Assembly (NCBI GenBank): GCA_000004985.1 | Contig: GG738888.1 | Origin: Naegleria gruberi | Taxonomy: Eukaryota | DNA length: 64,000 nucleotides | Direction: 5' to 3' (one strand) | Shown: positions 1 to 11,759 of the stretch, piece by piece | Position numbering within the stretch: the first letter of the stretch is position 1 | How the letters are laid out: each line of letters starts with the position of its first letter | The notes under the pieces: generated by a model | What the model was told of the DNA's origin: nothing | The model's input: the letters and a program-made list of their open reading frames with translations, nothing else | Database searches by the model: none | Made by a program: the position numbers and the translations under genes

Positions 1-301
1 TATTATGATCACCCCACCAAAACAGTCTGCATTACCAAAACAATTTAACAAAACTAAAATTTCAAAGAGAAAAAATTAAAGACAATTCAAACAGCGAAAC
101 ATCCCCAGAGAATTGCTGTAGTTTTCTCTACATCATTTTGTTCCATTACACATAAACGCAGCGATTACGAGTTTTTGTTATCCTAGGATATTAGCCTTCT
201 TTTTCATCATCACATTACTAATTTTATTTATTATTTAAATCAACAACAATTAAAACAACAACAAAACTCGAATACATATTCAAAATATATAGAAAACTAC
301 T

Positions 302-913
302 ATGATTTCTAACAAGGTACTCACATCAACGCCTCTGATTCTGGATACAGACAGAAAACCAACAAGGCGTAATGTTTCCTTTGCTGAGGAAGCTATTGCT
401 ACCACTACAACAACTACACCTTCGAATGGTGTTGCATCAGCTACTATAACATCTACATCAACAATTATGAAACCAAAACCTAAAAAGAAGACTAAAAAGG
501 AGGAATTATCATCCATGTCACACAGTTCATCAGTTTCTAGCGTAGATACCATGTCTGTGTTAACATTGTTGAGAGAAGCCTCTGGAGTCGAGAATAGAAT
601 TAGAAAGAACCATCGTATTCTTGAGAGGACGTCTACCTTTGGTAGTTTTTCACAAATGGAATTTGTTTGGACCTTTTTAACTGTACTGGGGATTATTGGT
701 GGAATTATTGGTTTTTATATTGATATTGTTGTGGAATATATTGTTATTGGAAGAGATACAATTTTGGCTGGAATGGTTGAATCAACTCCTGGACTTCAAA
801 TGTTTGTCTGGGTACTTTTCAATTTGGCATTTGTTGTTTTGGCATTATTATTAACACTTTGGGTTGCTCCTATTGCTGAAGGAAGTGGTATTCCTCCAGT
901 TAAAGCTATTTTG
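302..913 (+). CDS. CLC-type chloride channel/transporter, exon 1
   Basis: ATG at 302. The ORF ends in the CLC motif GSGIPPVKAIL, immediately followed by a GTATGT donor at 914. Hydrophobic TM segments are present. Confidence 0.8.
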
Positions 914-1048
914 GTATGTTTTTGTGTTATAGTAAGATTAGTTTTCTTACCTTTTCTAATATGACTATATTTTATCATTTTCAAAATTGGAATATTTCAC
1001 AAAATAATATTAAAATGCATAATCACATGATAATTGGAATCTAATTAG

Positions 1049-3268
1049 ACTGGTGTTGACAGTTTGAAAGAACCTTTGAGTTTGAAAACTTTAATTGTCA
1101 AGGTTCTTGGTGTACCTTGTGTTGTGGGAGCGGGAATGTTTGTGGGTAAAGTTGGTGGCATGATTCACATTGGTGCTGCCCTTGCTGACAATCTTATGAA
1201 ATTGAAACCTTTCCGTCCTTTGAGAAATAACAAGACACTCAGAGTTCAATTGATTGGTTGTGGATGTGCTTTGGGAGTTGGTGCAGTTTTTGGTGCACCT
1301 GCAGGTGGTGTTCTTTTTGCTCTCGAAGCTGTCGGTACATATTACAGTTTGAGAAACTATTTGAAGAACTTTTATGTTGCCTTGTTGGCTGCTTTTGTTT
1401 CTCGTCTCTTGCACAGTTTGCATGATCAGTCGATTTTACTTGTACCAGTCTATCATGTCACTCTCGATGTTCCTTCATTCACAATCATTGACTTTGTCAC
1501 TCTTGGTTTCCTTGGTGTTGTTATGGGTCTTTTGGGTGTCTTGTTTGCTTTCCTCAATGAAAAATTATTGTGGCTCAGAAATAAGGTCGGTAGAAGATTC
1601 TTCCTCTTCCTTAGAAGAAAGCACTTTAAGATTGATGATCCAAAAAGCAAATTTAGATTCCTCAAGTATCCACTCACATTTGTACAAACTCAATTTTTGT
1701 GGACTGTTCTCATTTGTGTAATTACTTCAATTCTTTGTTTCCCAACAGTGATTGGTAATTTCATGTCACTCTCTCCCAATGCTCTCATTGAAGATTTAAT
1801 GCTTAACAAGCCACTTTTGAAGGAATATGGCGCTAAGGGAGATTGGATTCCTGCTCAACTTTCTGAATACATTTCCGAAACATTCCATAGTAATGGAATG
1901 CCATCAGAATATTACACTGCAGTATTCTCAAGTCTTGGTTTGTTCATTTTGGTACGTGTCATTATTACTCCACTTTCTGTTTCCTTGCCAATTCCAAGTT
2001 GTATCTACGTTACCTTGCTCATTATGGGTGCTGGTTTTGGTAGATTCTGGGGAGAACTCTGGGCTTATATCTTACCTGATGGTTGGTCCATGCTTTTTGG
2101 TAATGAGAGAGCTTACTCTTTAATTAGACCAGGAGCTTATGCTATTGTTGGTGGTCTAGCTCTTTCAGCTAGTGCTACTCAAGCCTTTAGTACAGTTTTA
2201 ATCTTTTTGGAAATTGCTGGTATGGGTATTTATTGGCCTGCCATGTTGGCATCCATGATTGCTGTCAAAATTTCAAGACTTTTATATTATTCTGCCTATG
2301 ATGCTCAAATCAAGTTGCGTGGTTGGCCTGCTCTCCTTGAAACCAAGACTGACTCTGAAGATATCAAAGTTAGAGACATTATGGTCTATGTGGATGAACT
2401 TTCAGTGGTTGAGGAAACTGTTACTTTCAATGAGTTGCAAAGCATCTTTGAAAGTACAAAGATTATTCCAAAGACTTTCCCAGTTGTCAATTCAAAGAAG
2501 GACTTGGTTTTGGTCGGTGTAGTCAGTGTTAAACAATTACAAACCCTTTATCTAACTCTTAAAGACTCTGTTGGCAAAGTTCAATCAGAATATGAAAGAG
2601 AACAAGCTGAATTAAGAGCTAAAGTACCAATTACAACAACCAATTTGAATGCAAGAAAGGGTATTGAAAGAGTTAATATTGTCACTGAACCTAGACCAGA
2701 ACAAAATAATCTCTTATTGGATTTTGATGATTTCTTTATTGGAAATGATTGGATTGCTGAAGGTGACAAGATTGAAAAGGAAGAGGAAGAAAGTGACGAT
2801 GACGATGATTTCATTTCCAACTTGATTAACAATCCATTCTCTGTACTTCCGGGTGCTATTAACTTGAATAACATTCTTGGAGGTGGATCCTCATCTGATA
2901 ATAATACCACCAATAACCAAACAGCAACATCCACAAGCAATGTTTCTCCAGCAGTTACCACTACTACTCCACCTATTGTTGCCTCAAATGAAATTGAACT
3001 CGAGGAAAGTATCAAGTTGGAAGAACCAAAAGAAGAGACCATTGTAGACAAGAAGAAGAATGAGTTAATCAGACTTGACTATGATACTTGTCAAATTGCC
3101 ATTGCTGATGATACACCAGCAGTTCTTGCTCACTTGTTGTTCTCTCAATTGAGATTGGATGATGTTTTCGTTCTATGGATGGGTCGTCTCATTGGTCAAC
3201 TTCACAGAGAAGTTTTGATTAAGAAGATTTCAGACAGAAAGGTCTTGTTAGAACAAAAAATTGTTTAA
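1049..3268 (+). CDS. CLC-type chloride channel/transporter, exon 2 (135-bp intron 914..1048, phase 0)
   Basis: The TAG acceptor ends at 1048. The spliced product reads ...GSGIPPVKAIL|TGVDSLKEPLSLKTLIVKVLGVPCVVGAGMFVGKVGG, matching CLC consensus GSGIPE.K..L.G......L.KT...K......G...GKEGP. The next motif is GVLFALE. The C-terminal region is long and consistent with CBS domains. Both ORFs are in the same frame and the intron length is a multiple of 3. Confidence 0.8.
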   Translation, partial: TGVDSLKEPLSLKTLIVKVLGVPCVVGAGMFVGKVGGMIHIGAALADNLMKLKPFRPLRNNKTLRVQLIGCGCALGVGAVFGAPAGGVLFALEAVGTYYSLRNYLKNFYVALLAAFVSRLLHSLHDQSILLVPVYHVTLDVPSFTIIDFVTLGFLGVVMGLLGVLFAFLNEKLLWLRNKVGRRFFLFLRRKHFKIDDPKSKFRFLKYPLTFVQTQFLWTVLICVITSILCFPTVIGNFMSLSPNALIEDLMLNKPLLKEYGAKGDWIPAQLSEYISETFHSNGMPSEYYTAVFSSLGLFILVRVIITPLSVSLPIPSCIYVTLLIMGAGFGRFWGELWAYILPDGWSMLFGNERAYSLIRPGAYAIVGGLALSASATQAFSTVLIFLEIAGMGIYWPAMLASMIAVKISRLLYYSAYDAQIKLRGWPALLETKTDSEDIKVRDIMVYVDELSVVEETVTFNELQSIFESTKIIPKTFPVVNSKKDLVLVGVVSVKQLQTLYLTLKDSVGKVQSEYEREQAELRAKVPITTTNLNARKGIERVNIVTEPRPEQNNLLLDFDDFFIGNDWIAEGDKIEKEEEESDDDDDFISNLINNPFSVLPGAINLNNILGGGSSSDNNTTNNQTATSTSNVSPAVTTTTPPIVASNEIELEESIKLEEPKEETIVDKKKNELIRLDYDTCQIAIADDTPAVLAHLLFSQLRLDDVFVLWMGRLIGQLHREVLIKKISDRKVLLEQKIV

Positions 3269-3421
3269 AAAATAAATTTTTCAATTTTTAAATCAACAAG
3301 CCATTGGAAATATTATACAAATTCAACTATTTATCAGTAACTATTTAAAAATTTCTTAATTATGAAAAAAATTTTAAAAATTAATAATTAAAATAAATTT
3401 AAATTTGATGAATTAAAAAAA

Positions 3422-4183
3422 ATGACTTTTTCTCACTTCATCTCCACCTTTGCGTTGTCCTTCATCTCACCCTACATTGTCTATTTTTCCAAACAATCAT
3501 CATCAAAAGGTGAAAAGGAAAATTCATCGATCGGAACGGAAAGAAGATTTAGTAATGTCGTGTTGGGAATTATGGCTTTTGGCTTGACCATGTTCTGTAA
3601 AATGTTTTTGATTGCCATTGTTATTAGAGGAAATGAAAATCAACAATTACAAAGTGGTGCCATTAATTTTGATGATAACAAACAAATTGCAACATTAGGC
3701 TTTGGCTTCTTTATTACAGAAATTTTAAAAACCTTGATAGGATCATTGGATTTAATCGGAATGTTCTTTATTCTTTCTTCTAAATGGTTATTAGGTGACC
3801 AAACTTCTCAATTATATGGATGTGCTATTGGATGGACTATGGGTGATAATTTATTCAACAGATTACTTCCATTGTGGTTCAGTACTCGTGGATTACAATT
3901 TGAACTTAAATCTCTTCAAATGGGTGTTTATAGTAATATTGTAATGCTTGAATGGATTGCTGTGGCAACATTTGTCTTTCTCTATTCAAAGAAAAAGTTT
4001 GAACAAAAGAACTATGTCAGAACCATGTTAATTATTCTCACAGTTTTCCCATTCGTTTTTGAAATTGTCAAGGTTCTTATTGGAGTGCAATGTGTTTGGT
4101 GTTTGATGGGAATTAAGGCATGTTTCTATGGAGTTTTCTGTTTATTAGCAAACTCTACCTTGTCTCAATACGAAAAGGAGTAA
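3422..4183 (+). CDS. TMEM147: TMEM147-like multi-pass ER membrane protein
   Basis: The N-terminus MTFSHFISTFALSFISPYIVYF and the internal stretch IGWTMGDNLFNRLLPLWFSTRGLQFELKSLQMGVYSNI closely parallel TMEM147 ([21 protein letters not shown] ... [38 protein letters not shown]). The length is about 250 aa with multiple TM helices. Confidence 0.6.
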   Translation: MTFSHFISTFALSFISPYIVYFSKQSSSKGEKENSSIGTERRFSNVVLGIMAFGLTMFCKMFLIAIVIRGNENQQLQSGAINFDDNKQIATLGFGFFITEILKTLIGSLDLIGMFFILSSKWLLGDQTSQLYGCAIGWTMGDNLFNRLLPLWFSTRGLQFELKSLQMGVYSNIVMLEWIAVATFVFLYSKKKFEQKNYVRTMLIILTVFPFVFEIVKVLIGVQCVWCLMGIKACFYGVFCLLANSTLSQYEKE

Positions 4184-4668
4184 TTTGAACAAGCAGAAAG
4201 AATAAAACCAATTAAAATAATTTCAATCAATTAAAACTTGTAACTAATGGGAATGATGTTCATTATTGTAATGCTATAATTATTTGGAACTTGAGAGACA
4301 GTGTTCAAAATTCATTCTTACCCCTGTTGGAATGCCTTTCCAAAACAACAATTCAGTTAAACATCATGGCATAGTAATGGTAGTAATAGAATTGTAAGAC
4401 ACGTTTTTCCAAGCACTTGTCAGTGAAATTCACAATATGTCGTGTTATCGAACTATTCGAATCTCCAATGACCCGAAGTTGAATAGGTGAATGCACCTTG
4501 TCTTGGATCCAACTTCCATTTCTCAGCCAACCTAAAATTGTGGTTCTTCCGCTCTAAATACTCTCAGAAGCATCAGTGATAGTTTTATTCGAAAAAAAGA
4601 GACTATTCGAAACAAGCACACTTCAGCCATTTTCTTAAAAAATAGCCAATCTCTTATTTCAAGTAAAC

Positions 4669-5425
4669 TTGATGAATCAAACATTATCAACTTCAACATC
4701 AAGAAACATGTATTCGAATGAGAAGATAAATTGTTCGAATTGTTGCAGTGAATTATGTCGGAAGAATCGAATAGAAAGTCATAATTCAATGGTGCCCTGT
4801 ACGATTGGAGAGTTTAGATGCATGTATGGGACTGATAGTTTAGTTGAATTATTTAGTAGAATTGCTAATAATATAGTACAAGGACAGAGTAAGACTAATC
4901 TAGACGAAAGTGAGGCTAAACAACTTGAAGTTGATCAAATTGTGATGAAGGTTATGAAAATCGTTGCAGAGCCTTCATCAAGTGCTCTTGGAATAGTTTT
5001 CAGCTCACGACTTGAACATGCACTTCATAAACTTCATCTCACACTTATTGGATTCGGAACTAATGATACAACAGCTTTAGGATTCGACAATAATTCATGG
5101 TCAGATTTCAAGAGTGGCAAGGAAATATCCACCTTCATCAAGGATGCATCCAAAAGTCAACCACAATCTTTCATTACCGAGGATTTCATCGAGAAGGAAA
5201 CAACACTTGTGGATTTGGGACATAAAATCTACTCAACAGTTGGAATTAATTCAAATATCGAAATGGTTGCATTGGGATATGATTTCAGTTATTTTATCTA
5301 TGCATGTGGATGTATTGGATTGGCAGGAACGTGGTCAGAGAGTTTTGCTCGACTCTTCAAGTATCAATGGTCGAGAGAGTTGTCCTCTGTGCATCCGTCC
5401 ATGTTTTGCACTGCAATGATAAGTA
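4669..5425 (+). CDS. RCC1-repeat protein, exon 1 (N-terminal region of unknown function)
   Basis: The ORF ends ...MISS. A donor GTAGGT lies at 5426, with an alternative GTAGTA at 5423 in the same phase 1. A pyrimidine tract plus AG acceptor ends at 5507. The frame continues into the 5492 ORF. Confidence 0.5.
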
Positions 5426-5507
5426 GTAGGTTTTAATGTTGTGACATGTTGGGATTAATTTGGAATTTTTACAAAAATGGAAATTTGACACTTGTTGACT
5501 TTTTTAG

Positions 5508-6655
5508 AGGATAGAAAAACATTGTTTTCATTTGGATATAATTCTATGGGACAAGCTTCTGGGAAACTATCAGATGCTTATTTATTTCCAAAAGCTGTTG
5601 ATCCACAATTACACAATCATGAAACTATTCGATTTGTTTCGGTTGGATTTGAAGCAATTTATCTAGTGACTGAGGAAAACAACATGTATGTCTCTGGAGG
5701 TAATCACAATCACGAGCTGGGTATTGAGTGGATTAGGAAGAGTAAAATCAATGATTCCAATAGAATTGTGTTGAATTATGAAGTTGCTGAGGAAATTTTG
5801 GAAAAAGTTCAGGAACGAAAAATTATTCCAACTCTGCAATTGGTTCCAAATCTACCAAAACATGAGAAAATTATTCAGGTTGCAGCTGGTGAGAAGCATT
5901 CTTTTGTCTTAACAGAGGCAGGTAATATGTACTGCACTGGATCTAATCAAGTTGGTCAATTGGGATTGGGAAGTTCTGTTTCAGGTTTGGATAAATTCGA
6001 GAAACATCCATTTTCGAATATTGAAAAGGTAACACTCATTCATTGCTTTCAAAGTTCAACGATTTGGGTGACTGAGAGTGATACTGTCTATGTATGTGGT
6101 GAAAATTCCAATTCTGAGCTAGGAAATCTGTCATCTAATGATATTCTAATTGATGAGGAAAATCAAAATTTCATGGAACCTGTCACTCATCCAATATTAT
6201 GTGGAAAGGGAATTGTAAAAATTTATGGAATTTACAATTTATTTGCCATTACACGAAATGGTGAATATTTATGTTGGGGATCTAATGAGGAAAATGAACT
6301 TGGATTGGATGAAAATACTTTACTATCTTATAATTCTGGAGAAATTGTTAGAAACTTGGTATTTGAAAGGTATTCCAATTTGGTAAAAACTCGTGGATAT
6401 AAAATGGTATTAGCAGCAGGTTTCAATCATACCGTTCTATATTTCAAGGTAGATAATAAGAGAATTGTTTTCATGTTCCAACAATTACAGAATTTTGTGG
6501 AAAACTCACAAACTATTTCACCATTTTCAGATATTTCAATTATTCATGAAGAAGATATTCATGTTGATAATATCCTGAAAAGAAAATACAATGAAGCTAA
6601 TAACTCTCAAATAGAATCAAAAAAACAAAAAATAATCAAGGAAAAAATTAATTAA
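5508..6655 (+). CDS. RCC1-repeat protein, exon 2 (regulator of chromosome condensation-like beta-propeller repeats)
   Basis: Repeated motifs of the RCC1 type: GQLGLG, ELGIEWI, SELGNLSSN, NELGLDEN, and spaced Gly/hydrophobic blades. The acceptor TTTTTTAG|AG lies at 5501-5507. Confidence 0.6.
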
Positions 6656-6836
6656 AAAATCTTTTTTGGTATTTTTTATATAATATTAACATATTAAATG
6701 GAAGAAAATTAACCTTCCCTATATGAAATCTCTTCTCAATATATTTGACTTGTTCCCAATTTAGACAATTTAAAATTTTTCTTTTAAAATTGAAAATTTG
6801 CAATTTTTAAAATTTTTTGAAAAACCGCTTAAAAAA

Positions 6837-6979
6837 ATGTTGAGAGGAAGTTTGCGTAGCGTTGCCGCTATCAGAAGAGGAGCATCAATGATTTCAAATA
6901 GGAATAATATTCGTATGATTTCATCTAGTTGTATGGCTAATAACGGGCTGAGTGCATTCAATGCTGTTGCTAGTCAAAG
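6837..6979 (+). CDS. Putative first exon of an unresolved multi-exon gene; N-terminal mitochondrial-presequence-like peptide
   Basis: ATG at 6837 encodes MLRGSLRSVAAIRRGAS (Arg/Ser-rich, amphipathic). The exon ends at AG|GTAGGA. Possible short exons follow downstream (6837-7600) but are not resolved. Confidence 0.2.
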
Positions 6980-7851
6980 GTAGGAATTTTTTGATGTTTT
7001 TTATTAATTCGTGATGATGTTGATGAATATTGTTGTTCTATATTGTTGTTATTGTTTTTGTATTAATATTATATATGAATATTATTTAATGATGAAATAG
7101 TACTTCCGGTAATAGAAATAACTTTTGTGTTAAAGTGGTGAATCCAAGTGGAGTGTTTGCTCAAGGTTATATTACTTTTGGAAATACAGATGATGATGGT
7201 TAGTATGGTTAGTAGAGATTAATTCGATTAATAATTCTTAATTATTCAAAATAGATGGATAGGTGTGTATTATTTAAATTTAATGGAATTTACTAACATG
7301 TTGTTGCTTCCGATAATATCTAATAGTAGAAACTTGATAATCCTTTTTGTTTTGGAGAATTTAGGTGTTTGACAAAAACTATGTATGTCTCAAATATTCA
7401 ATATGCGTGTTTGCTCATATATTTCATTCTGTATTCAGAATTCCCAAGTGTGAATATTTAACTTTTCCCAATATATTTGTTGTTGGATATATTTAAAAAA
7501 AACTAAGATTAAAAATTGAAACATTATATATTCTTCTCCATCATCTTTTCATCCACACTTCTCTATCAATAATTTCACAAAGGAACGTAAAGATAAATTT
7601 TGTTATTGAAATTCAATAATTAAATTGATAAAAAATGCCAGCATCAAGTAAGTTGATGAAAACACAACGATTTGTGTGATGACCATTAAAAATTGATGAT
7701 TATTTGAATGTTTATAAATTGGCGTCGGATTTAAAAAGAAAAGAAAATTAAACAAAAGTTAAAGCAAAAGGAAAAGAAACAAGGAGAAACATCGACTGAA
7801 ATTGATGTCGATCGTCACGTTCCTCAAAATGCTAATGATTTTCAACAAGCT

Positions 7852-8130
7852 TTGGATTCTATTGCCAATCAATTGGATTCAATGAGCTCTCTTGGAACTC
7901 ATCTTGATGACGATGATGATGATAACGTTAGCTGTGTGACAAGTCAATTGTCTAAAAAGAAGGGTATCACAAAACCACAATCCAAGAAACAAAAATCAAA
8001 ACAAAAGAAGAATTTGGAAAAAGCTCTTTCATATCAAGATCGTTTGGAAACAACTGAAGTTAAAACTATTCATGATAAAATAAGGAAATTGCCAGAAGAA
8101 AAACAAAGAAGACACAATAAGAAGAAATAA
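7852..8130 (+). CDS. Lys-rich small hypothetical protein (possible upstream micro-exon MPASS at 7634 with a GTAAGT donor)
   Basis: 92-aa ORF with an acidic stretch followed by a K-rich tail. The region contains ATGCCAGCATCAAG|GTAAGT at 7634-7653. Confidence 0.3.
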   Translation: MDSIANQLDSMSSLGTHLDDDDDDNVSCVTSQLSKKKGITKPQSKKQKSKQKKNLEKALSYQDRLETTEVKTIHDKIRKLPEEKQRRHNKKK

Positions 8131-8143
8131 TGAACTAGTTCTT

Positions 8144-9424
8144 TTAATCATTACATTCTGCAAATTCTTCATCGGATGAACTGTCGCTATCTGCACTAAT
8201 TTGATCTCTCATATCAATGTGAAAATTATCAATGTCAATACTTTCAGTTTTACCAACAGCTCTCCTAATGAAATGTCTCATATCTGAATTATTCTTAAAT
8301 CGATGGCTTAGATGCTTTCTTGGTCTTTCTTCTCTGGTGGGAGTTGTTGCTGATGGTGAATCGGTTGTATTCAACTTTATGGATTGAGGTGAAACTATAC
8401 CATCTTCACTTGGAGTTACAGCAATGGCTGGAATTTCATTGTTTCTTTTGGGCGTACTAACTTCTGTTGGTTCATCTTTTTCAACAACATTCGTATTACT
8501 GGACACTGTTGCTGGTGTAGTATTAGGAACTGCACTTGCAGCAACATTCTTCTCTGTATTGTTCACAATAGTTTGTGCTGGCATGGCATTAAGGTTTTCA
8601 CCACTTGTACCCATCAAATTGACTATCGAGTTGGTTCTTTCCTTTGATCCAACTTGAGCTTGTTCCTGTTCTTGTATCACTGTTGCAGTTGAAACAGTGT
8701 TGACTATTGAGCTGGCTCTTTCCTTTGTTGTTACTATGGATGATATCTGCACATCCCTCTTTGAATCTTGTACAATACTTGTTGTTGATGTTGATACGAT
8801 CGATTTAATCGAATCTTGCGTTGTTTGTTCCATAGTACTATTTGGTGAATCATGCAATTGATGATTTACATGATGATGAAACTCTTCATCAATTGAAGAT
8901 CTAAATGCACTATAAGACACACCAGTACCACCACCATTTGTGGAAATGGTTGCAGCAGTTCTAGGTGTTTCCAAAGTGTCAATATCACAATCAACAGTAC
9001 CACACAAGGATTCAGCACCATCCATTACACTGATAGATGGTGTTTCTTCCATGAATAATTCCTTCCTCGTGAGTGAATCCAATTGAGGAGTGACTGTGAA
9101 ATCTGTCATGTCCTTAAAGTCCAATTCTTGGAAAACTTGAACACAAAAGTGAGCCGATGCAAATACATGAATGCAAGAGAGTGTTACATTGAGCGAATTC
9201 TCTGGATGCATTGTTGTGAAGGTGATGGTTTCTGTTGATCCAGATTTGATTATTCTCTCAGTGTAAACATTGTAGATAATCTCAGAGTTAATTGCTTCTT
9301 GTTCTTTTAAACTATTGGTGGAGATGAATGTTTGCTTTTTACATACTTTAATTTGGACTGAGAGTTTTGAGGCCTTTTTGGAGGATTTGTTATCTATTCG
9401 GAGGTAGAATTTGCCTTGAGGGAT
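8144..9424 (-). CDS. Hypothetical Ser/Thr-rich protein, exon 2
   Basis: The open frame extends upstream of the annotated Met to a CATAG acceptor at 9425-9426. The C-terminal half is S/T/N-rich with an acidic end, SDSSSDEEFAECND. Confidence 0.5.
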   Translation of the reverse strand: MPQGKFYLRIDNKSSKKASKLSVQIKVCKKQTFISTNSLKEQEAINSEIIYNVYTERIIKSGSTETITFTTMHPENSLNVTLSCIHVFASAHFCVQVFQELDFKDMTDFTVTPQLDSLTRKELFMEETPSISVMDGAESLCGTVDCDIDTLETPRTAATISTNGGGTGVSYSAFRSSIDEEFHHHVNHQLHDSPNSTMEQTTQDSIKSIVSTSTTSIVQDSKRDVQISSIVTTKERASSIVNTVSTATVIQEQEQAQVGSKERTNSIVNLMGTSGENLNAMPAQTIVNNTEKNVAASAVPNTTPATVSSNTNVVEKDEPTEVSTPKRNNEIPAIAVTPSEDGIVSPQSIKLNTTDSPSATTPTREERPRKHLSHRFKNNSDMRHFIRRAVGKTESIDIDNFHIDMRDQISADSDSSSDEEFAECND

Positions 9425-9610
9425 CTATGAGATGATGATATTAAGGAAGAATGACGATGATGATAATTTGTTGTTGATGATGTCATTAAATGATGAATTG
9501 GAAATAATTGGTTGGTGGTTATTAAGAAAATTTTGAATTGTGTTCAATTTTTCATCAAGTGTTGAATATATAAAGGTAAAATGCATAGAAATATTCCAAA
9601 CGCTACTTAC

Positions 9611-9805
9611 ACTATATGAAACAGATGCAGGGTTGAGATGATCCAATGTTCCTTCCTTACACAGAATGGAAATGGAATTAGAGTTGAGGAATACACTCCC
9701 ACGTTTAATTCTCGAGTTTTTCTTCTTGATGCTTCTATCGAGGTGGGTCTCTGATGAATTGTGTGAATCCGAACCACAACAAGCCAAAAACAGTTTCCTT
9801 AACAT
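9611..9805 (-). CDS. Hypothetical Ser/Thr-rich protein, exon 1 (186-bp intron 9425..9610, phase 0/0)
   Basis: The Met at 9805 encodes MLRKLFLACCGSDS... The exon ends ...SVSYS|GTAAGTAGCG. The downstream part of ORF 9425..9805 is intron read-through that ends in the acceptor TAG. Confidence 0.45.
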
Positions 9806-10030
9806 TTTTATTTACATGAAACTCTTCCTGTAACGGTATTTTTTTTGAGGGTCTTTAATAATGGAGGTTGATTTTGTTCTGTAATTTCATCCATTACCTA
9901 AACTCAGCAGTGAGTTGTATTGTCGTTTGAATCTTCAATGGTTGAGCGACGCATTGCGAAAATTATCAACATTCACATGGTTTGTTCGTGACGAGTCGAA
10001 CAGACCATGGGAATATTATTGAGATGAGAT

Positions 10031-11713
10031 TTAAGGACTCCAACCCTTACTGGATATTTGTCGTTGATTCTTGCTTGGATCATCCATTAATTCAAGCAAT
10101 TCTTCATCGATTTCCTCCTCCAAAACTTCTGGATTTGCTTCCTTGTATTCTAGATTGGTTGTTGCCATCTTGAACGGTTGTCTTCTTTGATTTCCCTTTC
10201 TCTTCTCCAACCATTTGGAGGTAATTTCAGCAGATGGAAGCATAATCTTGGCAGCAGATTTTGCCTTGGTAATTACTCGTTCTCCTGTTTTTGGAGCTGA
10301 TCCAGCTCTAGTACTTGTCACTGACTTGGATCTTCTTTCAGTGTCATTTGTAGTTTTTATCCTCTCTTGGCCAGCAACACAAGTTGGTGATTTTGATCTA
10401 AGGGTAGGAGTTTTCGAGGTTCCAAACGAGACTTGCTTAGCCGACGATGAGGCAGTATTAAAATGAGATTGTGCAGCCATAAACTCTGCTGTAGCCTTTT
10501 CAATAAACTTGGAGTATTTTTCCATCTTGTTATCACTGCTTGGATAGATTCTCTTGTACTTTCCTTGTGACATAATGTCATCTTCTTTTTTTGTGTGGAA
10601 ATCTACTAGCTCTTCTCTACTTGCCATGGATTTGAGGATTTGATCAACTTCTTCATTAGCATTTCCTGTGATTCTTTCCTTTGAAAGAGCCTTTTCAAGT
10701 TTCATCCCAACAATTCTGTCATTAGGATCAATGGCAAGCATTTTCATTGTTTCAGTTAAAAGGTTAAACTTGACATGTCTATCAAGAGGAGTATCAGTGT
10801 TGAAAGATGGTGAATGATTCACTTCCAATAACCATGGATTCATCTTTTCATCTAACAAGACATCAAAGCCCAAAATTTCAAAACAAACAAAGTCACCATG
10901 TTTTTGGGAGAGTGAAGTTTTGTACTGACTGACCAATTGAGGATAGATTGAGAGAACAGTCTTGTTGATAATATCTCCAACATCACCCCAAACTTTTTCT
11001 GGTGAGTATCCCTTTCCTTCGAGGTAATCATTTAAGAATGCAAAATTTCTCTTACTTCCCACCGAAAAGTTATTTGGATCATATTCAAATCCGTCACTCT
11101 TCTTATTGACACTGTAATTGGTCAAGTGCATACATTCTGTTTTGATATTGGTTTGGGTTGGGGCCTTATACTTTTCTGTACAAATTCTAACGAGACCATC
11201 TTGATACATGAAAATTTTAAGTGGATCAATGCACAGCACGAGGGCATATACTCTCAAATCGAACTTGTATCCATCAATCAGGAAAGGTCTATCAACATAT
11301 AACTGAACTACACAATCACCATATCTTTCAGCATCTGTTGGATCTTGAGTAATTACAATGCCTTTACCTTGACATCCGGCTGTTGGTTTGATAATATAGG
11401 TCTTTCCAATAATTTTCTTACTGGACTTGAATTTGCAATATTCTTGAGGGAGAACCCAAGATGATGGAAGAAATGAAAATTCATCAGGGAATGATTTCTT
11501 TAGTCTTTTCATATTTCTTGCGAGTGGAATCTTTCTGCAAATACCTCCCATAGCTGGAAAGTGATTGATTTTTTGAAAGGTTCTCAATTTCATGACTCTG
11601 TCTGGAGCACTGGATTGATCCATCCAAAAGACAGTGAAATCCTTTGCATTACTGGTTGGTTTTCTGATTTTCCAACCACTTGCCAAACAAGCATCTCTGA
11701 CTACATTATATTT
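10031..11713 (-). CDS. Tubulin-tyrosine ligase-like (TTLL) protein, exon 2
   Basis: TTL-domain hallmarks are present: INHFP, YIIKP..G.QGKGI, LYVDRPFLIDGYKFDLRVYALV, YQDGLVR, HLTNYSVNK, FEILGFDVLLDEKMNPWLLEVNHSPS. The frame is open upstream to a TTATTAG acceptor. Confidence 0.8.
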   Translation of the reverse strand, partial: KYNVVRDACLASGWKIRKPTSNAKDFTVFWMDQSSAPDRVMKLRTFQKINHFPAMGGICRKIPLARNMKRLKKSFPDEFSFLPSSWVLPQEYCKFKSSKKIIGKTYIIKPTAGCQGKGIVITQDPTDAERYGDCVVQLYVDRPFLIDGYKFDLRVYALVLCIDPLKIFMYQDGLVRICTEKYKAPTQTNIKTECMHLTNYSVNKKSDGFEYDPNNFSVGSKRNFAFLNDYLEGKGYSPEKVWGDVGDIINKTVLSIYPQLVSQYKTSLSQKHGDFVCFEILGFDVLLDEKMNPWLLEVNHSPSFNTDTPLDRHVKFNLLTETMKMLAIDPNDRIVGMKLEKALSKERITGNANEEVDQILKSMASREELVDFHTKKEDDIMSQGKYKRIYPSSDNKMEKYSKFIEKATAEFMAAQSHFNTASSSAKQVSFGTSKTPTLRSKSPTCVAGQERIKTTNDTERRSKSVTSTRAGSAPKTGERVITKAKSAAKIMLPSAEITSKWLEKRKGNQRRQPFKMATTNLEYKEANPEVLEEEIDEELLELMDDPSKNQRQISSKGWSP

Positions 11714-11759
11714 CTAATAAGGTCAAGTGATTAAGCATAATTTTGAAGAAAATACATAC

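Noticed and set aside
1091-3051. Overlapping ORFs inside the CLC gene (1091..1423 minus, 1374..1721 plus, 1827..2123 plus, 2259..2522 plus, 2581..3051 minus)
   Set aside because: They are nested in a well-supported CLC coding frame and have no motifs of their own.
7000-7600. AT-rich region with short homopolymer runs, considered as a possible transposon remnant
   Set aside because: No terminal inverted repeats, target-site duplications or transposase-like ORF. It more likely holds introns or UTRs of the unresolved 6837 gene.
8424-8657. Plus-strand ORF antisense to the Ser/Thr-rich gene
   Set aside because: Low-complexity antisense frame.
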